A DNA stretch of 62,907 nt, counting the filler, from Octopus bimaculoides (taxonomy: Eukaryota): assembly GCF_001194135.2 (NCBI RefSeq). It is 7 parts of 7 records of this genome, joined end to end, with 100 filler letters (N's around TTAATTAATTAA, not from the genome) between each part and the next. Parts side by side here need not be neighbours in the genome. Positions count along the whole stretch, not along the records: positions 36,623 to 41,150 come from NC_069004.1; positions 41,251 to 51,779 come from NC_068994.1; 5 more parts are not named here. One strand, given 5' to 3'. Of the stretch, positions 36,622-47,666 are shown piece by piece. The position numbers and the translations under genes were made by a program. The notes under the pieces were generated by a model, which searched no databases, was not told where the DNA came from, and was given only the letters and a program-made list of their open reading frames with translations. Positions within the stretch are counted from its first letter, which is position 1. Each line of letters begins with the position of its first letter.

Positions 36622-37680
36622 NTATGATTTGATTTGATTTTGATATTGATGTTGATGTACTTGACTCAATAGGTCTCCTTTTGAGTGGGCTGGTTATGCG
36701 ATGCTGGTGTAGGTTACAGCTGTGAACTCACTTTATTTGCTGGGTTTTCTCAGTCACAGCATACCTCCAGAGGTCTCGGTCTTTTGTCATTGCCTCTGTG
36801 AGGCCCAACGTTCGAAGGTCATGCTTCATCGCCTCATCCCATGTCTTCTTAGGTCTCCCTCTACACCGGATTCCTTCCACTGATTGGGAGTGGCACTTCT
36901 TCACACAGCTCTTCTTGTCCATCTGCAGTACATGACCATGCTAACATCTCTCTTGCACGCTACATCCGATGCTTCTTATGTCTAATATTTCTCTCAGGGC
37001 ACTTACGCTCTGTCGTGTGTGCACACTGACATTACACATCCAGCGGATCATGCTAGCGTCATTTCTTTCAAGCCTACGCAAGTCTTTAGCAGTCACGGCC
37101 CATGTTTCACTGCCATGAAGCATGGCAGTTCGCACACATGCATCGTACAATCTACCTTTCACTCTGAGCGAGGGACCCTTTGTCACCAGTAGGGGTAGAA
37201 GTTTTCTGAACTTCACTCAGGCTTTTCTTATTCTAGTGGCAACGCTCTCTGAGCAACCCCCCTCCCACTACAGACTTGGTCACCTAGGTAGCAGAAGCTA
37301 TCAACTACTAGTTTCTCCTCCTGGCATGTGATGGAATCTGTTTTCTGAGCATCTATGGGGTTTATTGCCCCTGTGCATCTGCTGCACGTGAAAGCTATCT
37401 TCCCGGTTAATCTTCCTTTGATGTTGCTGCATCTCTTATGTGTCCATAAATTACAATGGGTACATCTTATGGAGTTTCTACCTACACCTTTTCTACGGGT
37501 CGAGCAGGGCCACCTACCTGAAGGGGTGTGTAATGTGTTCGCCTTTCTACTTACTAGAACTTTGGTCTTTGCAACATTGACTCTATGGCCCTTCAATTCT
37601 AAACCTTGCTTCCACACTTGAAATTTCTTCTCTAGTTCTGGTAGTGATTCTGCTATGAGGGCCAGGTTGTCATTCTCATA
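36622..37680 (-). mobile_element. RTE-clade LINE 3' portion (RT C-terminus with PHD-type insert) and (ATCAA)n-like tail
   Basis: LALIAESLPELEKKFQVWKQGLE..RVNVAKTKVL; FCYLGD; MLHGSETW; GRPKKTWDE; frameshifted. Confidence 0.92.
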
Positions 37681-37718
37681 CTTGCCACGATTCCTCCAAT
37701 GATAAAAGTTTTATAAGC

Positions 37719-37750
<32 letters not shown>

Positions 37751-38865
37751 AGTGTCTTCTATTTCCCAAGGTGTAACTAGCCATTTATTTGACCACTTCC
37801 GGCTGTAGATTATATAAAGTACCCTTCATGCATAGTTTTCCAAACTTTCACATAGCTTGCTCCATGTGAAATAACCAACTAAGCTAAGAAATATCTCTAG
37901 TTTTAATCCCTCATCATTCATTCATCTAACTCGTAATTCTTTAATTCTTAAAATAACTTTCAAAACTTGTAATTCTTTAAATCTTTGCAATATTCTCTCC
38001 ATTTCATAGCCCATATGTTCCCATACTTTGCCATGATTTCCTCAGTGATCTCTCCCTCTCTCTAAAATTTGTAAACATTCTTACTTTGTCTTATAACTTG
38101 TCTTTCTCAAACTTGCCATAATTCTTCCAGCAATAAAGTCTTTCTCTTTCTGCCTTACTAGTGTTTTCTTACTGCTATTTCCTGAGGTGAAGCTGGCCAC
38201 TGCTTGTCTGTGATGCGCCAACCCATTCCCACCTCCACCACTAATACTGGAAATCTCTTTTCTTATACTGGAAAACCCTACAGAACTCTGCCTCGCTTTT
38301 GTACGAGAAGACTTACATAGCTCCCCACCACCAATCATCCACACTACTGCATGATCCAAAAGGAGATGTATTACTTAGTAAATTAACAAACTCTTACCTC
38401 TTTCTCTCTATATATAATGGACTAACTAATAGTGGCTCATTTACTTAATTTAAACAGTCACCTATACAAATAGACTTGCAGTAATAACGCTTATATTTAC
38501 AATGCTCATAACTTATATTCACAATGTGTACATTACACTCACCCCCAATAGGGACAATAATTTTAACATATTTTAATGCTGGTATGTTAAAGCAAGAACA
38601 ACTGATGTGACATGTCTGTTATCAAACGATCATTGAAACCTTCTTTTCAGGTGCTGAATGCCATCTCTCCTTCCCATGTCCCTTTCCCAGTTTTCAGACT
38701 TGGCACTGTCAATGAAGTTATATTGAAATATAAAATATAAGAGAAATTACCTATAACAGGCAATTTCTACATGCTAGAAGACAGTCAAAAATGACCGAAA
38801 ACCACAAAGTTAAAACATTTCAAAGAGAAGAAAAAAACCCAAAAAACTTTTATCTAATTTTTAAC

Positions 38866-38936
38866 GGTTAGACCTATAGGTTTCGAATTTTTTTAGTAAA
38901 TAAAAAAATTTACTAGGCAAATTCTCTTCAGTAACC
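38866..38936 (-). ncRNA. Type I hammerhead ribozyme motif
   Basis: GGTTA-CUGAAGA-GAAUUU(...)AAAUUC-GAA-ACCUAUAGGU-C-UAACC: all core nucleotides canonical, three helices pair, GUC cleavage triplet. Confidence 0.85.
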
Positions 38937-38944
38937 AGCCGGCA

Positions 38945-41150
38945 AAGATTAACGTACATTAAAAGGTAGATTTAGTGATATTGTTGAGATGCTTGAATGG
39001 AGGCGTGTTGATGTATGTTGCATTCAAGAGGTAAGGTGGAGAGGAGCTTCAACCAGGTTCCTCACCGGCAAGACATATAGGTATAAAATCTTTTCAGAAG
39101 GTAACAGCAATGGAATAGGCAGTATGGGCACACTTCTTGCAGAGATTGGGTGGATAAGTTTTCAAAAAGGATAATAATAAATGCCTCTTCCTCTTCCCTT
39201 ACATACAGTTTAATGTTTATTGAAGGTCAATAAAAATGAACTTGTGATCAATTAAAGTACTTCTCTCATTGCTGTATCAAAACTGATGCAGTTCTGAAGT
39301 AGTTCAGATAGCGGATAAGGTAGTCAGAGTGTGTGATAGAGTACTTAAGCTCAGGCTTGTCTTGTAGTATTCTATAGCGACAATTATCTCTGTCTATACC
39401 TCTTAAGCAGGCCTACCAAATGAACAAAAGGACCATTTTTATGATATTCTTCTGCAGTCTACTTCAAAGATGAGTGACAATGATCTCATCTTCTTGACTG
39501 GGGATTTCAATAGGCATTGTGGACAGCAGCCCGGTATCTTCCATGGTGTACATGGAATTGGTTCCCGAAATGAAGAGAGAACAAGGCTACTGGAGTTCTG
39601 TGATGCAAATAACCTATCAATCTGCAACACTAACTTCAGGAAGCCAGCTAGCCACCTGATAGCAATCAGGTGACTATGCAAGCCAGATCAGTTAGATTCT
39701 CACCAAACAGTAGGATGCATGCTTGCTCTTAAATACAAAGAGCCTCCCTGGTGAAGAATGTACCCCACCCCCAGCGTAGACTAGTCATCAGTGACTTTAA
39801 ACTCAAGGCCAGAAGGATGCCAAGAAGCAGACCAATTTGGAAAAGAAGGATTTGGAAGCTTAAGATTCATATGGTCAGAGATTTACGGACATCCTAATTG
39901 AGAAATTTGATGAGAGGGAGGAGGAGCTACAGACTTGTGACATAGAAGGCAACTGGAAATTCCTGTGGGACAGCTTGATGAGTGCCACAGACCAAATCTG
40001 TGACTGGTGCAAAGTTCTATCCAGACCTAGGGTGACATGGTGGTGAAACGATGCTGTAGACAGTACATTAGAGCAAAGAAACAGGCCTGGAAGAGTGAGG
40101 ATAGCAGCGAACTGTATCAGGTAGCCAGAAGGGAAGCTAGGAAACAGGTATAGCTAGCCAAGGGTGAAGCAGAAAAGAAATTTGCCTATGTTCAGAGATG
40201 TGAGGACCAAAATCTTGAAGTGTTTCAGATTGCAAGACAGTGTGTGAGAGAAAATTGTGATGTCATAGGAGAGAAATATGTCCGCATGGATGATGGTGCA
40301 CTTGCTTTCAATGATTCTGCAAAGAAAGAGACTTGGAAATGCCATTATGAAAGACTGCTGAACATAGAGAATGAATAGGAGGAAGAGAATCAGCAAAATG
40401 TTGACGCAATTGAGGGACCAGGTATCCAAATCAACAGTACCTTGGGAGATAAAGCAATTAAGGATATGAAGACAGGAATCACTGCTGAGATGCTTAAAAT
40501 ATCTGGTGGTGTGCATTATGGTCTAGTCACCCATATTGTAAATCAGGTGGTTAACAAAGGAATCATACCCATTGACTGGTGTAGCAGCACCATAGTCAAC
40601 TGCTACAAAGGTAAAGGTGATGCCTTGGATATAATTTCAGAAGTATTAAATTGTTGGATCAGGTAATGAAAGAGGGCCCAACTAATCAGGGAGAGAGTCA
40701 GTCTAGATGAGTCAGTTTGGTTTTGGTAAAACAGCTGCAGGAGAAATACATAGCCAAAGATAAACCTTTGTATTTGGAGAAAGCTTTGACAGGGTTCCCT
40801 GATCCCTTATCTGGTGGTCAATGCAGAAACTAGGTGTTATGTTTCCCTCGGACTGACTCGCAGAGATAACATAACGAGTTATACAATTTAATTATTACAT
40901 TTATTGTTCAATTACATACAAAGAACGCACTCACCCAATGTTCGTTATGAATAAACAAAAGTCATGTCCGCCATATATATATCAATGACATTTTACTACG
41001 ACAGTCCCACAAGACAACAACAATGAAACAATGAACTCAGACGAACCACATGACACACGGAACGTCAGACGAATTACATATCTAACAGTCCATATAACAC
41101 TAGGGATAGACAAGTGGTTGGTGAGAGCTGTACAAGCCATGTACAGGGAC
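38945..41150 (+). mobile_element. RTE-clade LINE 5' portion (APE endonuclease and RT N-terminus), decayed, with two insertions
   Basis: VDVCCIQEVRWRG, LIFLTGDFNRH, LEFCDANNLSICNTNFRKP, GITAEMLKISG, DWCSSTIVNCYKGKGDA, LEKA.DRVP, GIDKWLVRAVQAMYRD. Confidence 0.92.
40835..41099 (-). mobile_element. 265-bp solo LTR with 5-bp TSD
   Basis: Termini TGTTAT...ATAACA; CTAGG at 40830-40834 and 41100-41104; excision restores the RTE frame WSMQKLGID; AATAAA about 70 bp from the minus-strand end (strand tentative). Confidence 0.85.
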
Positions 41151-41250
41151 NNNNNNNNNNNNNNNNNNNNNNNNNNNNNNNNNNNNNNNNNNNNTTAATT
41201 AATTAANNNNNNNNNNNNNNNNNNNNNNNNNNNNNNNNNNNNNNNNNNNN

Positions 41251-41316
<66 letters not shown>

Positions 41317-41557
41317 CTGTGTGTGTGTGTGTACGTGTGTGTCATTAAACGTATTATATCTAATATATGAGCGTATGTGTATGTTTGTGTGTGTGTATAT
41401 ATATTTCAATAGATTGATAAATAGATAGAGAGATAGACAAATAGATAGAGAGAGAGAGAGAGAGAGTGAGAGATACAAAGATAAGACATAAAGATGTGTG
41501 TATTCTCGTGTGTATGTATATGTATACATATATGTATATATATATATATATATATTA

Positions 41558-41612
<55 letters not shown>

Positions 41613-41747
41613 CGTGTGTGTATAACGTATATATGTGTGTGTATATGTATGTATATATATATATACACGCACAACACACACATACATACATATATATATA
41701 TAAACACACACGCACACACGTGTGTGTGTATCCTTGTGTATGTACTG

Positions 41748-41786
<39 letters not shown>

Positions 41787-41796
41787 NNNNNNNNNN

Positions 41797-41837
<41 letters not shown>

Positions 41838-42607
41838 GTGAGGTGTTTGTGTGTATGCATATATACTCACACACTCTCTCTCTCTCTCACACACACACAC
41901 ACTCAAACACACACACTCACACACACACACATACACTCATACATACGTGCATACACACATATACCCTCTGTCACTGAGCCTTCTTTCGATAATGAGTGTT
42001 ATGAGGTGAGTGGGGAATCATGGATAGTGAGGAGAGCTGCAATCGGATTGTCGTATGCGATCATTGTGTAGGACAAAATATGGGTGGCAGGCAGCGATGG
42101 AGGGTCGGAATTTACTATAAATAAATGAATTAAATGAACTAAAATAGAAGAAAAGAGATTAAGTAGTATTAAGGTTAATTAGCTGTTAATTTAATGAATT
42201 AAAAAATGGCGTTTAAGTCCCGAGGAACGTAATAATTAAAATGAATATTCTTTTTATTGTTGTTTGTTGGCTTTGTTTTTTGTTGAGTTTTTCCTTGGGG
42301 TAGGGGGTAACTTAAGGTAATTCAATATTCCTACAGGTGTGTGTATGGGCATATGTATGTGTATGTATGTGTGTATGTATCCATGTGTTTGTATGCGTGT
42401 GTATATATATATAAATATANNNNNNNNNNNNNNNNNNNNNNNNNNNNNNNNNNNNNNNNNNNNNNNNNNNNNNNNNNNNNNNNNNNNNNNNNNNNNNNNN
42501 NNNNNNNNNNNNNNNNNNNNNNNNNNNNNNNNNNNNNNNNNNNNNNNNNNNNNNNNNNNNNNNNNNNNNNNNNNNTATATATATATATATATATATCTAT
42601 ACACATA

Positions 42608-42910
42608 CAGGCGCAGATGTGGCTCTGTGATAAGAAGCTTGCTTCCCAACGATATGGTTCCGGTTTCAGTCCCACTGCGTAGTAATTTGAGCAAGCCTCT
42701 TCTGTTATAGCCCGAACCGACCAAAGACTTGTGAATGCATTTGGTAGACGGAAACTGAAAGAAACCCGTAGTATATATGTGTGTGTATGTATTTGTGTTT
42801 GTCTCCTACTACTGCTTGACAACCGGTGCTGTGCTGGTATGTTTACGTCCCCGTAATTTAGCATTCCTCCAGCATGGCCGCAGTCTCATGACAAAAACTG
42901 ATAAACAATA
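42608..42910 (+). mobile_element. SINE family A
   Basis: Head GGCGCAGATGTGGCTCTGTG, CORE-like segment and a deleted tail. Confidence 0.85.
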
Positions 42911-43494
42911 AAAAAAATACAAACGAGCAGATGAACACAAGTAGTTTTTCATAATAGGTTTGGTCTATCAGAGCTGACCCGGTGCTAAATTATAATCACA
43001 GTATTTAGTTCCGTCCCTTTCCGTTCGACATTAAATTCCCGAGTAATGTCGGCGTTTTAGATTTGGTTTATTTCTTTGGTGCTTTTGAGTTGGGAGTTAT
43101 ATTCTTCATTCCTCAAAATTACGATGTAATAAGAACCAGATAGGGATCTGTGGGGGAGCGGTTGAGAATCACCTCAAATTTGTAATCTCTAATTAAATTA
43201 AATTAAATTTCGTTGTGGACATGTATGCGTGACCCTTCTTGCATGTAGCTTTTGAAGAAGGGTCGCCTTGAGCGCGAAAGGCTCAAGTGTGGGTTTTGGA
43301 TAGGTTGTCACCAGAACCTCGATTAGGTCAAAGAGTACCTGAGGTGTGAAACGTATAGCCATGTACTCCTTTCTAATACTGGTTATGTCAACCATTTGAA
43401 GTCTCGAGAAAGACCAGCTTTATACAATGTCCTCTCGCTTAGACCAGGTAATTCAACGTATGTAATTCGATTTCAGGTCTGAAAAGACTTATAC

Positions 43495-43705
43495 CTGTAC
43501 ATAAAGCTCATATCCACAAAATGATCCAATCGATTCAGTGGAAGTTAAGATTTTCGTCTGTCACGCTTCAAACCATGCAGAAGTGCAGCGGGACTAAATA
43601 GTCACCTGAGAGGTCATGGGCAGAAAGTCAGAAATGCCATGGACAACGAGTAAGCACAAAGAGACGGCAATCATCTGTGACGATAGACCAACCACCAGCA
43701 TGTAA
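43495..43705 (+). mobile_element. RTE-like LINE 3' end with C2H2 zinc finger remnant
   Basis: FVCHA../CRSAAGLNSHLRGHG followed by a GACGGCAATCATC...GACCAACCACC tail. Confidence 0.65.
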
Positions 43706-44399
43706 TTTAATCATGTGATATATNNNNNNNNNNNNNNNNNNNNNNNNNNNNNNNNNNNNNNNNNNNNNNNNNNNNNNNNNNNNNNNNNNNNNNNNNNNNN
43801 NNNNNNNNNNNNNNNNNNNNNNNNNNNNNNNNNNNNNNNATATATGAAAACGACATTAAGATATATAATTAAGAGAAATAGTGTTCAATACAGTATATAG
43901 CATTTCGGATTGGTTCGGTAGGGAACTTTAACCTCTGCTTAGCTCAATTCGACGGTGGGGATGAGGGAACGCCACAGTTATCAATTTAATGTGGGGCCAG
44001 TGATTGCCTTATTGTAAGTTTGAACCTTTTAAACGGAGATCACCAACCAATCACTCCTCCTACTCCGTCTCCTCCTCATCTTCTCTCACTCTCTCTCTCT
44101 CTCCTTCTCTTCCACCCTCTCGTATTCTTCCCCCTCGTTCTCTTTTTCTTTCTCTCCCTCACTCATCCTCTTCCTCCTCTTCCCCTTCCTACGGTCTCCT
44201 CCTCATCATCATCTGTGGGTGGCATCACATCAACTTTGATAAGTCCATTTTTCTTTCCCTCACTCTCTTTCTATGTATATTTCTTTTTCTCGTTGTCTCT
44301 CACCTTCTTCCTCTGTATATATCTCTCTCTTTCTACACACACACGCACGCACACACACACACACGCACACACATATCCTTCTTCTCCATGTTTCTGTCC

Positions 44400-44525
44400 T
44401 CTCTCTCTCTCTCTCTCTCTTTCTCTGGCTCTCTCTCTCTTTCTCTGGCTCTCTCTCTCTTTCTCTGGCTCTCTCTCTCTTTCTCTGGCTCTCTCTCTCT
44501 CTTTCTCTGGCTCTCTCTCTCTCTC
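44400..44525. repeat. (CTCTCTCTCTTTCTCTGG)n minisatellite-like tract
   Basis: Read directly. Confidence 0.9.
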
Positions 44526-44919
44526 ATTCGTTTTATCTATCTATCCATCCGCTTATCTATCTATCTATCTATCTATCTATCTCATGTCTTTTCCGCTTCT
44601 TCAAGAGTCAGTGAAGCCATTTAAAACCTATTTTCAGAACACAACCATTATGCACCATTTCCAACCAAGGTCTCGACATACAACCGTCATCACTTATCCG
44701 CTAACCCACTCCCTTCGCATGCAGATATGATCCCAGGGGTCTTCCATACACTGTTCACGATGACGTCTGACAAGTGACATGCGCACTTCTGTCATTTAAT
44801 TATGTGGTCTTTTATATTTCGTAATGGGAGTTTTACAATGTGTATGCACGCGTCTGCTAGTATGAGCGTGTGCGCTTGTATGTACATGTGTGCGCATACA
44901 TGTAGTCAACTACAAACAT

Positions 44920-44959
<40 letters not shown>

Positions 44960-45095
44960 AAACACACACGATCTACATAAATGCTTAAAAGGACGGACAG
45001 ACAGACAGAAAGACAGACAGACAGACAGAGAGACAGACAGACAGGCAGACAGACAGACAGGCAGACAGACAGACAGTCAGTCACACAGACAGACT

Positions 45096-45141
<46 letters not shown>

Positions 45142-45864
45142 AAGACAGAAAGATGCAGTCACACGCCTTTATGTGTATGTAGATGGGTGAGTGAGTGGGT
45201 GTGTGTGTATGCGTGCGTGTTTATGTATGTGTGAATGTGTGCATTTGCGCGTGCACGTGAGCGGAGTCGGTTGATTATTGTATGCGCCTCTATCATGATA
45301 TCTGTCAAATGCGGTATGAATTTCTTAACCTCGCGCGCGCGCCTGTGTGTATGCATGTTTATTCGAATGGACGTGCATCGGTACGTTTTGGTTGAATGCT
45401 GGGAGTCATCTGTTACGGGCTGTAAATAATTGTATAGGGAATAACATGCTGTAGGCATACATGGATGTATATTCTAATGTATAACGAATGTTTGTATGTA
45501 GTTCGAAATCTACGTGTGCATGTGTGTATACGCATATACATACATACATATATATATATACATACACACACACACACACACACAAACACGATACATAGTT
45601 GAGTTATTTAAAAGAAAGTTGGTTTTCTTCTGTTGGTTGTTTTCCTCGCATTCGGTACTAAATGTGTTTATTTGGGAAGTCCAGTGTGTGGCATTATTCT
45701 GTAGTAATGCCCTTATATAAATATATATATATACATATACATATACATATATGTATACATATATATATATATGTACACATGCATATGTGTGTGTGCATTC
45801 ATACGATCACATATATATGTTTACATAAGTATGTATGTATGTATGTATGTATGTATGTATCAGT

Positions 45865-47560
45865 CTAACAAAATGCCTTTTGTTAAATTCGTTGTTTTAA
45901 TAAAACATTGACATTCAATCCTAATAGTTTTGATATCTTTATTTTAAGTGCTACAAATGTCTTTCTCTTAACATACACACGCGCGCCCGCACACTTACAC
46001 CCATGCGCGTTTAGTAGGATTTATATTTGTATCGGATATTTCATTCAGTATTACATCACCTCGAGTTCCACAAAACTGTGGAAAAACTCTTTTAACGTTC
46101 CGATGCTAGTATCCGAAAAAGTAAGAGCATTTTCCCAATGATACAAATCTGCGACACTTTCTTAAAACTTCTACATCGGTAGACTCAAGAGGAATTTCTT
46201 CTAACAGTACGATTAAACAAGATGGCTTTAGCTAGACAGTAACTGTTATAAGCGCAATTGTTGGTTTTAGTTCATTTACAAGTTTTGGTGTGGAGGCGCA
46301 ATGGCCCAGTAGTTAGGGCAGCGGACTCGCGGTGATAGAATCGCGGTTTCGATTCCCAGACCAGGCGTTGTGAGTGCTTATTGAGCGAAAACACCTAAAG
46401 CTCCACGAGGCTCCGGCAGGGGATGGTGGCGAACCCTACTGTCTTCTTTCACCACAACTTTCGCTCACTCTTACTTCCTGTTTCTGTTGTGCCTGTAATT
46501 CAGAGGGTCAGCCTTGTCACACTGTGTCACGCTGAATATCCCCGAGAACTGCGTTAAGGGTACACGTGTCTGTGGAGTGCTCAGCCACTTGCACGTTAAT
46601 TTCACGAGCAGGCTGTTCTGTTGATCGGATCAACTGGAAACCTCGATGTCGTAAGCGACGGAATGCCAACAACAACAAGTTTTGGTGGGAGGGTTCTCTG
46701 TGGTTTCACTTAGCTTGTGTGTACTGAATGAAGCAAGAATCTGGTTGACGTTTGGCTTTGTAGAATATGTAATTTTGCCTGTTTTTTTGTTGGACTGGGG
46801 AGGAAAGTGCTTCATAAGAAAAGCTTGGAAGATTTTACCTAAAGGAGTAGCTTCATGGCTGTTGTAAAGTGATGCGAACTATATAATGTTTCTCTTCCTG
46901 TTGCGTCTCCAGCGCCTTTCACAATACGAGTTCTACATGGGCGTTTTTCTTTGTATTTCCTTTTAAGAATGGCATTGTTGTAAAAGGATGTAGCGTCAGT
47001 GAATATTCATTTGTTTGCTAGAAGGCAGGCAATTATCTGCGTGAGACGTTAGTTACCTGGTGGGATCGGAATGAATCTGGATGAAATACAAGTAGTCACT
47101 GGATTTGTGGCAAGGAGAATGGCGGTAGTTTGAGAAGTCTAGTTACATCCAGGAAATTTGCCTTAGTAAGGCTATGCTCTACGGTTATTTCAAAATCCAG
47201 GTTTCTGTAGAAGCTGTGACGGTTTCTCTGGATTCTGTTGGTAAACTGTCGGTTGCAGAAGGTGATAGAAAGGAGACCGTCTTCACAGTGCAGGCCACTT
47301 TCAACTCTTGGGAAGATGTAGATACAAACCGATTTGCTCGGTAATTTCTGCCGAGTTGTTGGCGCCCATCCTGACGTCGTAAGGCATTACAGAGTGTTTG
47401 CATATTCTTATAGAATTATTGTGCTTTAACGAAAGCCCGGTAGACAAGAAGGAAATGTTCAATTTCATCGTTCGAGAACAGTCTGATGGTTTTGACAAAA
47501 TTTATAGCATTATAATCCTAACTTCAACCAGGTCCTTGCTTCTTCTAATATCCGCAAACT
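45865..47560 (-). mobile_element. Decayed Penelope-like element (RT plus GIY-YIG) interrupted by a SINE
   Basis: YDVRMGANNSAEITEQIGLYL; LKITVEHSLTKANFLDVT; RRNRKRNII; GKIFQAFLMKHFPP; KITYSTKPN; NNCAYNSYCLAKAI. Confidence 0.85.
46291..46674 (+). mobile_element. tRNA-headed SINE, full length, (CAA)n tail, 13-bp TSD
   Basis: Head TGGAGGCGCAATGGCCCAGTAGTTAGGG, B-box GGTTTCGATTCCC; ACAAGTTTTGGTG at 46278-46290 and 46675-46687. Confidence 0.92.
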
Positions 47561-47666
47561 AAGTGAAGCTGCTCATCACATCACCAAAGCTTCCAACATC
47601 ACTAATACCAATAACTTCCCACTCGATGATAATTGCCTATTCTTCATATATATATATATATATACT

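Noticed and set aside
38317-38346. 30-nt minus-strand mini-exon SVDDWWWGA resembling an SH3 WW motif
   Set aside because: The flanking frame looks like a decayed LINE C-terminus, the upstream intron would be only 51 nt, and no other SH3 exon was found.
43140-43450. Minus-strand ORF MVDITSIRKEYMAIRFTPQ.. as a possible LINE ORF1
   Set aside because: No diagnostic motif, so it cannot be assigned.
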